The translations under genes and the position numbers were made by a program. A stretch of DNA of 64,000 bases, taken from a virus (lineage: Duplodnaviria > Heunggongvirae > Uroviricota > Caudoviricetes). The notes under the pieces were generated by a model. That model had not been told where the DNA came from and did no database searches. It saw nothing but the letters and a program-made list of their open reading frames with translations. Positions 19,563 through 30,111 of this stretch are shown here, piece by piece. The stretch lies in IMG/VR virus record IMGVR_UViG_3300012348_000120; one strand, 5' to 3'. Positions within the stretch are counted from its first letter, which is position 1. Each line of letters opens with the position of its first letter.

Positions 19563-20492
19563 ATGTCCCCACAGAGTTACTATATCGGCGGAAAAATACT
19601 GGCATCTGATTTCAATGTATTCATTGGAAACATAAATGACATCGTTGGTATAGGAACAGGTGATTCTGGATATGGCCAAGATTACTTGGTTATGGAAGAA
19701 TTATCTCAAACTCAAAAGATTAGAGCATCACATTGGAATGCATTGTTGAATGCAATCCATGTTGTGGCTGAACATCAAGGTTCGACCATTTCTGTTCCCG
19801 CCTCAACCAATGATACGTTGTTTCCAGCCGCGAATAAAGTAATTCAAATTATTCCGACTCTAACCGCTGATATAGCTACCGTTGTTGCAAACAAGTTGAA
19901 CTACAACTTGTCGCAAATGTCAATTGAGACAAACAAGATTTCATCTTCTAAAACATATGTAAGTCCAAGTTCTGGAATACCGAATTGGGTCGGAACTGTT
20001 TACTATGAATTTTCCACCAACTTCAACAATGACAACCATCGCAGACATTTTTTCAACACTGGGGGAGAAATTCGTATCGTTTGTGATTTAGCTCCATCTG
20101 GCGTTGATCAACAATCTCTTGATTGGGAAAGCCTACTTAATAGCATAGCAACTATAAAGCTGAATGTCAATAACACTGTATCTTCAGCATCAGTCGGAAC
20201 TCCTGGGGTTGGTTTCAATAGCCTAACCAACGCATACCAAAAAGTTTATACGAAGGGTGGGATGGGTAGTTACTATTCTTCTAACCAACTGAACATATAT
20301 GCTAAACTGAATGCAAATCATGGCGTCACTGTGAAAGTAAGTTTTGATGATGTGTATACACCAGATTCTGGAACTGGCTGGGTTGGATCAGATTATGTTG
20401 CTGGGGTTCTGACTGTTCAAGTTGATCAGCAACGTGCAGATGGAGCAGTTGTAATTCCATCCCCAACATACAGTCACATTTCTGAACTATAA
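19563..20492 (+). CDS. Virion structural protein (paralog of the previous gene)
   Basis: GDSGYGQ, FFNTGGEIRI and YSSNQLNIYAK parallel the previous ORF; last gene of the structural module. Confidence 0.6.
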   Translation: MSPQSYYIGGKILASDFNVFIGNINDIVGIGTGDSGYGQDYLVMEELSQTQKIRASHWNALLNAIHVVAEHQGSTISVPASTNDTLFPAANKVIQIIPTLTADIATVVANKLNYNLSQMSIETNKISSSKTYVSPSSGIPNWVGTVYYEFSTNFNNDNHRRHFFNTGGEIRIVCDLAPSGVDQQSLDWESLLNSIATIKLNVNNTVSSASVGTPGVGFNSLTNAYQKVYTKGGMGSYYSSNQLNIYAKLNANHGVTVKVSFDDVYTPDSGTGWVGSDYVAGVLTVQVDQQRADGAVVIPSPTYSHISEL

Positions 20493-20494
20493 GG

Positions 20495-20536
20495 TTGACA
20501 TAATATTTGATTTTTGGTATAATTTACCAAAAGGAG
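20495..20536 (+). promoter_or_regulatory. Consensus sigma70 promoter, inverted repeat and RBS at the start of the enzyme cluster
   Basis: TTGACA (20495-20500), 17 bp, TGg-TATAAT (20518-20523); inverted repeat TTTTGGTA-N5-TACCAAAA (20512-20532); AAGGAG 20531-20536. Confidence 0.85.
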
Positions 20537-20543
20537 TATATCT

Positions 20544-20924
20544 ATGTCAAAAGAAGATAAACCAGATATTGATATGGAGAGAATCGAAAAGGCTCTTCAT
20601 TTTTCCAATACGATGCAGACATTCAATCTTGCAAAAAACAATCTAAAAGTTAAAACTCAAAATCTTCTTTCATACTCACAGTATGGAGGAACGTTTACTA
20701 TTTCACAAGAATTTATTGGATTTCTCAACGCAGTAAAATCTGCTGGAAAGAAACAAGTCGTGATATTAGATAAAAATGAAACACCAATAAAAATTGAAGA
20801 TGTGTCGGAGTTTTTAGAGAACGTATTGGCGATATATTTTGAAGTTGTAAATGAGTATAACAACGAATACCAGAAGTTAAAAAGTTCTCGTAAAATAGAA
20901 AAGTTTTTGGATATTACTGCATGA
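20544..20924 (+). CDS. Hypothetical protein
   Basis: Strong RBS; ATGA overlap with the downstream glycosyltransferase; no catalytic motif recognised. Confidence 0.7.
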   Translation: MSKEDKPDIDMERIEKALHFSNTMQTFNLAKNNLKVKTQNLLSYSQYGGTFTISQEFIGFLNAVKSAGKKQVVILDKNETPIKIEDVSEFLENVLAIYFEVVNEYNNEYQKLKSSRKIEKFLDITA

Positions 20925-21778
20925 GTAAAGGTATTATAATTCTTGCAAACAATACGCCTGAGATTGATTACTCGTCAATCGCTTGCCTATGCTCAGATTT
21001 TATAAGACATAATTTATCCAAGTTTGACGAGATTGCATTGATTACCGACACTGAAACATATACCACAAATCGCATTCTAATTGACAAAAAGTTTGATAGA
21101 GTGATCATTGATGATTACCGTCCATTCATTAATATCAGAATGTTCAAGGACACCACCAGTAATACATTCAAGTCTGAGTGGAAAAATCATGGCCGTGCAT
21201 CAGTATACGACTTGTCACCATATGATGAAACATTGGTTATTGATTGTGATTATTTTGTGATGAGTAATGTTCTTGATCAAGTATGGGGCAGTCAAAACGA
21301 TTTTATGATAAATTCCTCTTTTGTGGATTTGTCTGGTCGCCAAGAAGATCGGTTAATATATGTTGATGAGTTTACCATACCGATGTATTGGGCAACCGTC
21401 TTTTATTTTAAGAAGTCTCAGTATAGCGAAGTATTATTCTTTTTGATAAATCACATACGAAATAACTATAAGTATTATTGCTTGCTTTACAATTGCCCAA
21501 GTGGAATGTTCAGAAATGATTTCGTTTTTTCTATTGCGTTACATATTATAAATGGCAACGTATCGAATAAAATACCAAAGCTGCCGTTTGAATATTTAAA
21601 CAATAGCTTTGATCTTGACGACATACATAGCATAAAATCTTATAACGAAATGACAATGCTTTTCGCCAAGAAATCTGATACCACCGAATACATATTTGGT
21701 AAGGTAAAGAATATGGACATTCATGTGATGAATAAAAAAGCAATATTGCGCCACTTGCCGGAGTTGTTGAATGAGTAA
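20921..21778 (+). CDS. GT-A fold glycosyltransferase (GT8/mannosyltransferase-like)
   Basis: KGIIILA N-terminus; SPYDETLVIDCD (DxD); FRND; late HVMNK. Confidence 0.7.
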   Translation: MSKGIIILANNTPEIDYSSIACLCSDFIRHNLSKFDEIALITDTETYTTNRILIDKKFDRVIIDDYRPFINIRMFKDTTSNTFKSEWKNHGRASVYDLSPYDETLVIDCDYFVMSNVLDQVWGSQNDFMINSSFVDLSGRQEDRLIYVDEFTIPMYWATVFYFKKSQYSEVLFFLINHIRNNYKYYCLLYNCPSGMFRNDFVFSIALHIINGNVSNKIPKLPFEYLNNSFDLDDIHSIKSYNEMTMLFAKKSDTTEYIFGKVKNMDIHVMNKKAILRHLPELLNE

Positions 21779-22634
21779 GGGATATATATGTATTGCTCAG
21801 AACACCGCAGATGGCGACTATTTGAATATGTCATATGCGATGGCATTGAGTTTGAAGGCAACACAAAAGATCAATAACGTTTGCCTATGTGTGGATGCAC
21901 CAACCAAATCATTGCTCACTGGAAAACACTATGCTGTATTTGATGACATAGTAAGCATTCCTTGGCATGATGATGCCCAATACCAGCCAACTTGGAAGAT
22001 ACACAATAAGTGGAAATATTCTCATATGACGCCATATGATGAAACCATAATACTGGATAGTGATGTGGTATTCACTGAGAACATTGATCATTGGTGGACG
22101 CATCTATCCAAAAAAGATTTTTGGGCTTGCACAAATGTCAAAACCTTTCGTGGCGAAAATGCAACAAGCGACTACTACCGTAAGAAATTCACTGAGTTGA
22201 ATCTTCCAAACGTATATACAAACTTCACATACTTCAAACAAAGCGAACTGGCATACGAAATTACTCGTATGGTTGAATTCATTATGAAGAATTGGGATAC
22301 GTTCTATGCTAAGTTTCTCAAAGGATCGGGGCAGACTTGGATGAGCGCAGATTTAGCGTATTCTCTGGCAATACGACTGCTGGACGCAGAGGCAGAGTCC
22401 TGTGATCATGTCATCAAAGATGTTCCAACGTTTGTGCATATGAAGAGTTATATACAGAATATAAATATGAACAAGATAAGCGGAGAGTGGACAAAAAGTT
22501 TGACAAGCCAAATATCTGATGACCTAACTGTGACTATTGGAAATTTCAGACAGGAAGTTCCAGTTCACTATGTTGAGAAATACTGGATGACAGAAGAAAA
22601 AATAAAGACATACGAGAGATTTCTTGGAATATGA
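21771..22634 (+). CDS. GT-A fold glycosyltransferase (paralog of the previous gene)
   Basis: KGYICIA; TPYDETIILDSD (DxD); SAD; FVHMK; VHYVEK. Confidence 0.72.
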   Translation: MSKGYICIAQNTADGDYLNMSYAMALSLKATQKINNVCLCVDAPTKSLLTGKHYAVFDDIVSIPWHDDAQYQPTWKIHNKWKYSHMTPYDETIILDSDVVFTENIDHWWTHLSKKDFWACTNVKTFRGENATSDYYRKKFTELNLPNVYTNFTYFKQSELAYEITRMVEFIMKNWDTFYAKFLKGSGQTWMSADLAYSLAIRLLDAEAESCDHVIKDVPTFVHMKSYIQNINMNKISGEWTKSLTSQISDDLTVTIGNFRQEVPVHYVEKYWMTEEKIKTYERFLGI

Positions 22635-23206
22635 TAAAGAGTGTCATAAGTGATTCCCTTCCGTTGAGATATGTGTATTTCAGTAACGAAGGAACAATAA
22701 CAAAAATTTCAAGCCGCACCGACAGTGACAGCGAAGACTCTTGGGCTACGTTCAAAATAAGTGACGTTATGCCATTTATTGATGGGTCATATCGTTTCTC
22801 TGACTATTTGGTAAACAAAAATACCAACGACTTGGGTTACTCCATCGTGAAGAAACGAGTCGATGTTAAGAGCAGAGCGATTGAAAGTCAAATAAAAAAA
22901 GTTTCCGCTTGTAAAGATGCAGAAATTGTGATAGTATTGAAACAAAATAGGATTTCAATATCTGCATCTGCGCGGGTGATAGAAAAAGATATTTCTTCGG
23001 ATCAAGAAGTGATGATTGCTGGTAAGTCAAATCATCCATTTTTTATTACGATGAAAGACAGACCAGACTTCATTTTGAAAGAAGTCTTGGTCCCATACAA
23101 TATTTTGTTGGTTGGAGACACATTTTCCGAGCCAATACCATACAACAGCACTGCGGTCAGCATATATACAAGACCGTATTTTAATACATATTCATTGGAG
23201 ACATAA
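22631..23206 (+). CDS. Hypothetical protein
   Basis: Coupled ORF (ATGA overlap); no recognisable motif. Confidence 0.65.
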   Translation: MIKSVISDSLPLRYVYFSNEGTITKISSRTDSDSEDSWATFKISDVMPFIDGSYRFSDYLVNKNTNDLGYSIVKKRVDVKSRAIESQIKKVSACKDAEIVIVLKQNRISISASARVIEKDISSDQEVMIAGKSNHPFFITMKDRPDFILKEVLVPYNILLVGDTFSEPIPYNSTAVSIYTRPYFNTYSLET

Positions 23207-24187
23207 ATGGCAAAAATCGTAATCGGTGACTTAGACGTGTTTTATCTAAGCTATGATGAACCAAACAAGGAAGAGCACTGGGCAAATCTTTTACAAAAAT
23301 TTCCATTTGCGAAGCGCGTAGATGGGGTAAAAGGTTTTGACAACGCACACAAAGAATGCGCAAGACAAAGTGATACAGAACGATTTATAACCATTGATGG
23401 CGACAACATAGTCAGTGATGAGAAATTCTTTGACCTTGAAATCAGTATACCAGACAATACCGATATGGCAAATTCGGTTCTTAGTTGGTCTGCAAAAAAT
23501 GTAGTAAACGGTTTGGTATATGGCAATGGCGGAATCAAGTGCTGGCCAGTCCAACTTGTTTTGGATATGAGAACGCATGAAAATGCAGACAACGAATCCA
23601 AGAAGTTAGATTTCTGTTGGGATTTGAACTACATTCAAATGAACAACGTCTACTCTCATGTCTTTAATGCAGGTTCTCCATTCCAAGCGTTTCGTTCAGG
23701 ATACCGCGAAGGTGTGAAGATGTCATTGGACCAAGGACACGTAGTTCCTGCCAAACAGTTCAAACAGAGAATTTGGCCAAAGAACTATGAAAGACTTCTG
23801 ACTTGGTGTAACATTGGTGCGGACGTTGAAAATGGTCTATGGGCTATATATGGTGCAAGACTTGGATGTTTGGAAACCAACATAACCAAGTCCCTTCCAA
23901 TCGATGGAATCTCAAACTACGAATGGTTCAAAGAATACTTTGAAAACGAAGTAGTTCCAGAGTTCAAAAATGGCGATGAGTATTGCCCAAAGTCCAAGAT
24001 ACACTGGAACTACGACAAGCTGTATGATGCCACTCTTGATGTTGGCGACCAACTAACAGATTCTTTGGCAATGGAACTATGCGACCCAACACCAGAAATG
24101 TCTGCATTCTTCAAACGAGTATATGTAAATCCGCCACGTGTGGCAAATCCAATCGCTACTGAAAAACAAACTGGATGGGACAAATAA
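23207..24187 (+). CDS. GT-A-like glycosyltransferase (phage SYDEP family)
   Basis: DVFYLSYDEP, RVDGVKGFDNAHK, FITIDGD (DxD), NGLVYGNGGIK; homologous to the last domain of 47336-49774. Confidence 0.65.
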   Translation: MAKIVIGDLDVFYLSYDEPNKEEHWANLLQKFPFAKRVDGVKGFDNAHKECARQSDTERFITIDGDNIVSDEKFFDLEISIPDNTDMANSVLSWSAKNVVNGLVYGNGGIKCWPVQLVLDMRTHENADNESKKLDFCWDLNYIQMNNVYSHVFNAGSPFQAFRSGYREGVKMSLDQGHVVPAKQFKQRIWPKNYERLLTWCNIGADVENGLWAIYGARLGCLETNITKSLPIDGISNYEWFKEYFENEVVPEFKNGDEYCPKSKIHWNYDKLYDATLDVGDQLTDSLAMELCDPTPEMSAFFKRVYVNPPRVANPIATEKQTGWDK

Positions 24188-25758
24188 TGAGTAAAACCCT
24201 AGCAGATTTTAACTGGGACCGACACAATGATTTTATTACAAACTCCGAAGAGAATTTAAAAAACGTAAAGCAATTATTGGACACTACGGGGTGTGGATTT
24301 TGTTTAGCAAAATTCAAACAGGTTACAATGCATTTAGGCACAGGGATGACACACAGTTGCCATCACCCAAAACCTCATAAAATCCCGTTGAATGAAATTC
24401 AAAATAATCCAGCAGCATTGTTTAATACTGGTGTTCTTAAAACTGCACGTAAGCAAATGCTTAATAACGAAAAGCCTAGCGAATGTGACTATTGCTGGCG
24501 AGTAGAAGATAATAATGGAATCAGTGATAGATTTTACAAAAGTCTGGAGCCTTGGGCAATCAAAGACCACGATGAAGTAGCTCAGTTGACTGGCGATGAA
24601 GACATCTATCCAAGTTATTTGGAGGTGAGTTTCAGTAACGCCTGTAACCTAGCTTGCGTATACTGTGGCCCTGAGTTCAGCAGTGTTTGGGTTGAAAAAC
24701 TCAAAAAATCTGGACCAATGAAGGTATTGGAAAATACTGAACATGAAACTTGGGTGCAAGGATGGCAAGATTTAGAAACGCTTTCTTACAAAAATAGAGA
24801 ATTCAATCCTTACATTGATGCGTTTTGGAAGTGGTTTCCAAACGCATATAAGCACCTAAAGCATTATCGTATCACTGGTGGCGAACCACTGATGAGTAAA
24901 GAAACGTTCCGCAGTATGGAATGGTTCATAGAAAATCCAAATAAAGACTTGGATTTCTCAATCAATAGTAATTTCATGGTTCCAGATAAGCTGTGGGACA
25001 GATTTATCAAATCATTGGAAGATATGAGAGATTCAAAATGTGTAAACCGTATCACCATATATACCAGTGTGGACGGATGGGGTAAACGCGCAGAATATGC
25101 TCGCCCAGGATTGGACTTTGAACTATTCAAAAAGAGATACGAACAAGTTGTTGCACTCGGTGATATACGTTGTGTGATTATGGCAACGTATAATATGTTG
25201 AGTATTTCGTCTATTGAAAAATTATACGAATGGGTTCTTGACCTGAAGATAAAATACAATCCTATCAATGCTATCAAACAGATAGAATCTGATACTGGAT
25301 TCAAGATTGACGATTACAGTTTAAACGACCGATTCAAAAAGAACCCAACACACAGTATTATTGTAGGGATAGATGTTCCTTATTTGCGTAACCCTGAATG
25401 CCTAGATATAAAATACTGTTCTGACGATTTGGTTGATGAGTATATGATTCCATCTCTAAACTATATGTCATCACATTTGGAAAACTCCAGATGGAAAAAT
25501 CATATGGGATTCGAAACGTATGAAATTGAAAAATTCAGACGGGTAGTAATTGATCGTATGTATTTTATCAAAAAGCATGAGCCACATCGTAATAGTGATT
25601 TGAATGTGATGGTAAATCGGGCAAAATTTTATGATTATGTTCATGAAATTGATAGAGTTAATGGAACTAATTTCTTAGAAGTTTTCCCCGAATATGAAAA
25701 TTTTTATTACATTTGTAAGGACGCTAAAGAAAGAGTGACAAATGATAAGAAGCAATGA
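24187..25758 (+). CDS. Radical SAM protein with N-terminal twitch/SPASM-type domain (#1)
   Basis: CNLACVYC, TGGEP; N-terminal C..C...CHHP and ECDYCW; TAATG coupling. Confidence 0.9.
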   Translation: MSKTLADFNWDRHNDFITNSEENLKNVKQLLDTTGCGFCLAKFKQVTMHLGTGMTHSCHHPKPHKIPLNEIQNNPAALFNTGVLKTARKQMLNNEKPSECDYCWRVEDNNGISDRFYKSLEPWAIKDHDEVAQLTGDEDIYPSYLEVSFSNACNLACVYCGPEFSSVWVEKLKKSGPMKVLENTEHETWVQGWQDLETLSYKNREFNPYIDAFWKWFPNAYKHLKHYRITGGEPLMSKETFRSMEWFIENPNKDLDFSINSNFMVPDKLWDRFIKSLEDMRDSKCVNRITIYTSVDGWGKRAEYARPGLDFELFKKRYEQVVALGDIRCVIMATYNMLSISSIEKLYEWVLDLKIKYNPINAIKQIESDTGFKIDDYSLNDRFKKNPTHSIIVGIDVPYLRNPECLDIKYCSDDLVDEYMIPSLNYMSSHLENSRWKNHMGFETYEIEKFRRVVIDRMYFIKKHEPHRNSDLNVMVNRAKFYDYVHEIDRVNGTNFLEVFPEYENFYYICKDAKERVTNDKKQ

Positions 25759-26905
25759 TGTAAAATCTGTTCATATAGAACTTAGTAGTTATTGCAACGC
25801 TGCTTGTCCAAATTGTCCTAGAAATTTTTATGGAGGAAATCTACGCGAAGGCGTAGTTCCTTCTACTATGTCATATGAAGACTTTGTAAATATATTTCCA
25901 ATAGAATGGTGGAAAGGTAAAAACAAAGTCTTGTTTTGTGGTAATTATGGCGACCCCATAATGTCTATTCATTTGGTTGACATTATCGAATATATCAAAA
26001 AATGTAATTCCGACATAGAAATTAAAATTAATACGAATGGTGGAATACAGACTGCCAAATGGTGGAAACGACTAGGGAAACTTAGTAATACGTTGGGAAA
26101 TATTATTGTTACTTTTAGTATAGATGGACTAGAGGATACTAACCATATATATAGACAGAACGTAAAATGGAATAAGTTGAAAGAAAACTTTCAATCATAC
26201 ATAGAAACGGGCGGAAACGCTAAATGGGATTTTTTAGTTTTTAAACACAATCAACATCAGATTGATGAGGCAAAAGAACTTAGTAACAAATGGGGATTTA
26301 CTGATTTTATAGTAAAAAGACCAATTGGGTTTAATGACAATAATAATATAGGTAATGATAGTGTTATGCCAGTTATGGATAAGAACAACAACTTGAGTTA
26401 CTATATATATGAAAGCGACAACTATAAAATGCGAATCAATGATTCCCATACAGAACAAGTTGTTGATGAAAACACTAATAGCGGCACTCGTAAAATACTA
26501 TTGGAATCTTCTGGTGGCGTGACAATACAAGAACTTTATGAATCACTCATTGAAGAAAACAGTGACAGTTTGAAAAAATCTATTAAACACGATATTGATT
26601 GTTTCACGATTAATACTAGCGAAATATATGTTTCAAGCGAAGGAAATGTATATCCTTGTTGCTGGACAGGATTGTCTAGCCAAAATGTGGGATATGGTAT
26701 GGAACACAGTATGAGAAAATGGATAGAAGAACGTGGATACGACATAAACGCCAAAAATTCTAGTATCAATGCCATTGTTGATAGTGGCTTTTTTGAAGAA
26801 ATTAAACGAACTTGGAGTAAACCTGAGAACTTAGGAAGATTACAAGTGTGTTCTACTATATGCTCTGCAAAGTGCAGTGTGATGTCTCAGTTGGTGGTAT
26901 CCTAA
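25742..26905 (+). CDS. Radical SAM protein with C-terminal SPASM/twitch domain (#2)
   Basis: CNAACPNC, CGNYGDP, TNGG, FSIDG; C-terminal C...PCCW...CSTIC. Confidence 0.9.
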   Translation: MIRSNDVKSVHIELSSYCNAACPNCPRNFYGGNLREGVVPSTMSYEDFVNIFPIEWWKGKNKVLFCGNYGDPIMSIHLVDIIEYIKKCNSDIEIKINTNGGIQTAKWWKRLGKLSNTLGNIIVTFSIDGLEDTNHIYRQNVKWNKLKENFQSYIETGGNAKWDFLVFKHNQHQIDEAKELSNKWGFTDFIVKRPIGFNDNNNIGNDSVMPVMDKNNNLSYYIYESDNYKMRINDSHTEQVVDENTNSGTRKILLESSGGVTIQELYESLIEENSDSLKKSIKHDIDCFTINTSEIYVSSEGNVYPCCWTGLSSQNVGYGMEHSMRKWIEERGYDINAKNSSINAIVDSGFFEEIKRTWSKPENLGRLQVCSTICSAKCSVMSQLVVS

Positions 26906-28260
26906 TGAATTATGAAGACGAAACTAATAAAAAGAAATCTTGTTTGAATGAAATCAGTCCTTCTTTCTGCGCAGCAAAATGGTTAGATTCTCATATCTGG
27001 CTAGGTAATGGCAGAACAGCAAGTTGCCACCATCCGAAGGCGCACACAATACCCTTGGATGAGATTGCTCGTGACCCCAGTGCACTCCATAATACAGAAT
27101 ATAAAAAAAATGTTAGACGCCTTATGCTTGACGGTGAACGGCCAGAAGAATGTGGATATTGCTGGAGAGTTGAAGATATCGAATCGTCAGATGTTTTTAG
27201 CGACCGTATATACAAGTCAATGCGTTATTCAAATAATCAAATTAAAGAACTTTCTAAATTTGACCCAGACCATAATGTAATTCCTAAGCGGGTAGAAATA
27301 TGCTTTGACAATCTTTGTAACCTATCATGCAGCTATTGTAACTCAGAATTTAGTTCAACTTGGTATAATGATATAGAAAGTAATGGACCTTATCAAAATC
27401 TTAATACGTCTGGCGGTAAAACATACACTCATAACAAGAGCGGAAAGATGCCTTATGGTGTTAAGAATGAGAACAATCCCTACATTGATGCTTTTTTCAA
27501 ATGGTATCCAACCATAAAAGATACGTTAGACGAATTAAGAATAAGCGGTGGTGAACCAACTCGCAGTCCTTGGTTCTGGAAACTTGTCGATTCTGTTGAT
27601 TCTGAAAATCATGAGTTTAGTGTCAATACCAATCTTATAATGACTGATAAAAGAATTGAAGACTTTTTAGCTATAAGTTCTAAGTTCAAACAGTTTTCCG
27701 TATTTACAAGTTGTGAAAGCATAGGTAAGAACGCTGAATTTGTTCGGAGTGGTTTGGATTATGATTTATGGAAGCAGAATTTACAAAAGGTTCAACATCA
27801 TAATAAGAAAATAAATACTACAATTATGATGACAATAAGTGCTCTATCGGTTTGGACATTCGCTGAGTTTATTGAAGAAATGGTTGAACTTAGAAAACAA
27901 ACTCGTGAATATTTTTCTGATAATAAACCATATTATTTGCTTAGTACTAACATATTAAGATTTCCAAGTATGCAAAGTGTTAATATCATATCTCAACCGA
28001 TGAAAGATATGTTGGCAGACAAAATTAAAATGTCATTGGAAAAAGTAAGAGACCAAATCGATTCAAATGAAGCTAATGGTATTCAAAGAATTATAGATTA
28101 TTTGTATCATGTTGACAAAAGTTATGAAGATTTTGATTTGCTATCCCAAAAACAATCCGACTTTAAATCATTTGTTGAACAGTATGCAACCAGAAAAAAA
28201 ATGGATATGTATACACATATGAATTCAGATTTTATAAAATTTTACGAAAGTATAGTATGA
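26905..28260 (+). CDS. Radical SAM protein with N-terminal twitch domain (#3)
   Basis: CNLSCSYC, SGGEP; FCAAKW..SCHHP..ECGYCW; close paralog of #1; start at TAATG. Confidence 0.9.
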   Translation: MNYEDETNKKKSCLNEISPSFCAAKWLDSHIWLGNGRTASCHHPKAHTIPLDEIARDPSALHNTEYKKNVRRLMLDGERPEECGYCWRVEDIESSDVFSDRIYKSMRYSNNQIKELSKFDPDHNVIPKRVEICFDNLCNLSCSYCNSEFSSTWYNDIESNGPYQNLNTSGGKTYTHNKSGKMPYGVKNENNPYIDAFFKWYPTIKDTLDELRISGGEPTRSPWFWKLVDSVDSENHEFSVNTNLIMTDKRIEDFLAISSKFKQFSVFTSCESIGKNAEFVRSGLDYDLWKQNLQKVQHHNKKINTTIMMTISALSVWTFAEFIEEMVELRKQTREYFSDNKPYYLLSTNILRFPSMQSVNIISQPMKDMLADKIKMSLEKVRDQIDSNEANGIQRIIDYLYHVDKSYEDFDLLSQKQSDFKSFVEQYATRKKMDMYTHMNSDFIKFYESIV

Positions 28261-29357
28261 ATGATAAGTTTAAAAAATATGTTTGTAGGGTGCCATTTGA
28301 ACTATTAGAAGTGCACGACAATAAACATTGGCTGTGTTGCCCAAGTTGGATCAAGGATTCAATCGGTGATACTCCAGCTAATATAAATGACTTGTCATTC
28401 CTGTCTAGTTGGGAAAGCGTAAAAGCACAAGAAATTAGAAAAAGTATATTTGAGGGTGATTATGAATTTTGCAGCGTTGAAAAATGCCCTGCATTAAATA
28501 CGTTGGCACATACTGATACTGTTCCGTCACAGTTCATAGAGAAATCCGAATTTAGTGACATTACAGGCATATACAACTCGGAAGATGTCACAACAAAAAC
28601 TCCAATGCCTCGGCGGTTAGCACTCAACTTTGACAAAAGTTGTAACTTAAAATGTCCTAGTTGCAGAAAAGAACTAATACCGTTTGACAAACCAGGCAGT
28701 CCTGCATACGATAGAAATCAACACATTATGACTGTTCTACAGGAAGAACTAGGAGAACACGTATCTCACGTTTTTATGAATGGTAGTGGTGAGGCACTAT
28801 ACAGTAAATCATTAAGAAAATTTCTGATAGACTTAGATGAAACAGAATTTCCGAATTTACAAAATATCCACTTGATAACTAATGCTCAGTTGTTGAATAA
28901 AAAAACATGGGATAGTATGAATGCTAGAAAATACATTACAGGTTTAAATATCAGTGTGGATGCGGGAACCAAGAACACGTATGAGAATGTAGTTCGTCTT
29001 GGGGGTTCTTGGGATAGATTGATAGAAAATTTAAATTTCATTTCAACCATAGATACATTATCCGCAGTGGATATTTGTATGGTAGTGAGTTCCATGAACT
29101 ATAAAGAAATGTCGCTTTTTTATGATTTGATGTATGACATATTTAAAAATGCCAATTACGATATTAAGATAACATTTATGCAGCATGTATTTTGGCAAGA
29201 AGGGTTGTATTCTGAAGAAGATTACAAATTTATAAATATATTCGATATAACTCATAAGGAGCATCATCTGTTGTTACAGGAGATAAAAAAAATACATAAG
29301 AAACCTTTTGTCGTGCACAACTTTAACCATTTATTGCGTGATCAAGATGAAAAATAA
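28257..29357 (+). CDS. Radical SAM protein with N-terminal twitch domain (#4)
   Basis: CNLKCPSC, GSGEAL, SVDAG; N-terminal C..PF..CCP..C....CP. Confidence 0.88.
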   Translation: MNDKFKKYVCRVPFELLEVHDNKHWLCCPSWIKDSIGDTPANINDLSFLSSWESVKAQEIRKSIFEGDYEFCSVEKCPALNTLAHTDTVPSQFIEKSEFSDITGIYNSEDVTTKTPMPRRLALNFDKSCNLKCPSCRKELIPFDKPGSPAYDRNQHIMTVLQEELGEHVSHVFMNGSGEALYSKSLRKFLIDLDETEFPNLQNIHLITNAQLLNKKTWDSMNARKYITGLNISVDAGTKNTYENVVRLGGSWDRLIENLNFISTIDTLSAVDICMVVSSMNYKEMSLFYDLMYDIFKNANYDIKITFMQHVFWQEGLYSEEDYKFINIFDITHKEHHLLLQEIKKIHKKPFVVHNFNHLLRDQDEK

Positions 29358-30111
29358 TAATCTTTACATATTAGGCGATAGTTTCGCAGACCGTTGCACT
29401 CATATAACCGAAACGCGCCCATACATCCGATCAATGCATGATTACTTGGAAGATCAAGGCAATTTTGATACAATAACAAATACTGGAAAGTCTGGCACGT
29501 CTTTATGGAGTCAGTATAAGCAGTTTAAAGAAAAATATGCTGGCCAATCATACGTAATAATGATGGATACTGCTATTCATAGATTTAGTTTTACTGATCA
29601 TAGAACCGAATGGTATCATCATGATTTTCATAGTTTATCACAAGTTGAATATTTACTAAAACACAAGCATAAAAACATGACGATTGAACAGCGTGAAACG
29701 ATGAGAGCACTGGTTTCTTATTTTAAATATGTGCAGCGCAATGATTATGATTTAGAAATGAGTAAACTGATGATCTCAGAAATTCGTTCTGATATTGAAC
29801 GTGCGGGTGCCAAACTTTTAATTATACCTGTGCTTCATGAGAGCACAACATATGACCCTAACGTAAATTATGAACTAAATTGTGTGTATATCAAAGAAAA
29901 TGAGTTCTTTGAAGCACAGGGCGTTAATATAACCAAACTGCAAGACCTGAGAGCAAATCACATGATCAATGAAAATTGTGAAATATTGGCAAGACAGGTT
30001 ACAAACATCTTAAAAGGTGATCAGCAGATGATTGATTACACTCAATTTGTTTCCCCAGTAGAAACAGATATAAAAAAGTATTTTCAGGAAAGCATAGTAT
30101 ACGATGACTGA
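29347..30111 (+). CDS. SGNH/GDSL hydrolase-like protein
   Basis: LYILGDSF block I, GKSGTS block II, C-terminal ANHM. Confidence 0.6.
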   Translation: MKNNNLYILGDSFADRCTHITETRPYIRSMHDYLEDQGNFDTITNTGKSGTSLWSQYKQFKEKYAGQSYVIMMDTAIHRFSFTDHRTEWYHHDFHSLSQVEYLLKHKHKNMTIEQRETMRALVSYFKYVQRNDYDLEMSKLMISEIRSDIERAGAKLLIIPVLHESTTYDPNVNYELNCVYIKENEFFEAQGVNITKLQDLRANHMINENCEILARQVTNILKGDQQMIDYTQFVSPVETDIKKYFQESIVYDD

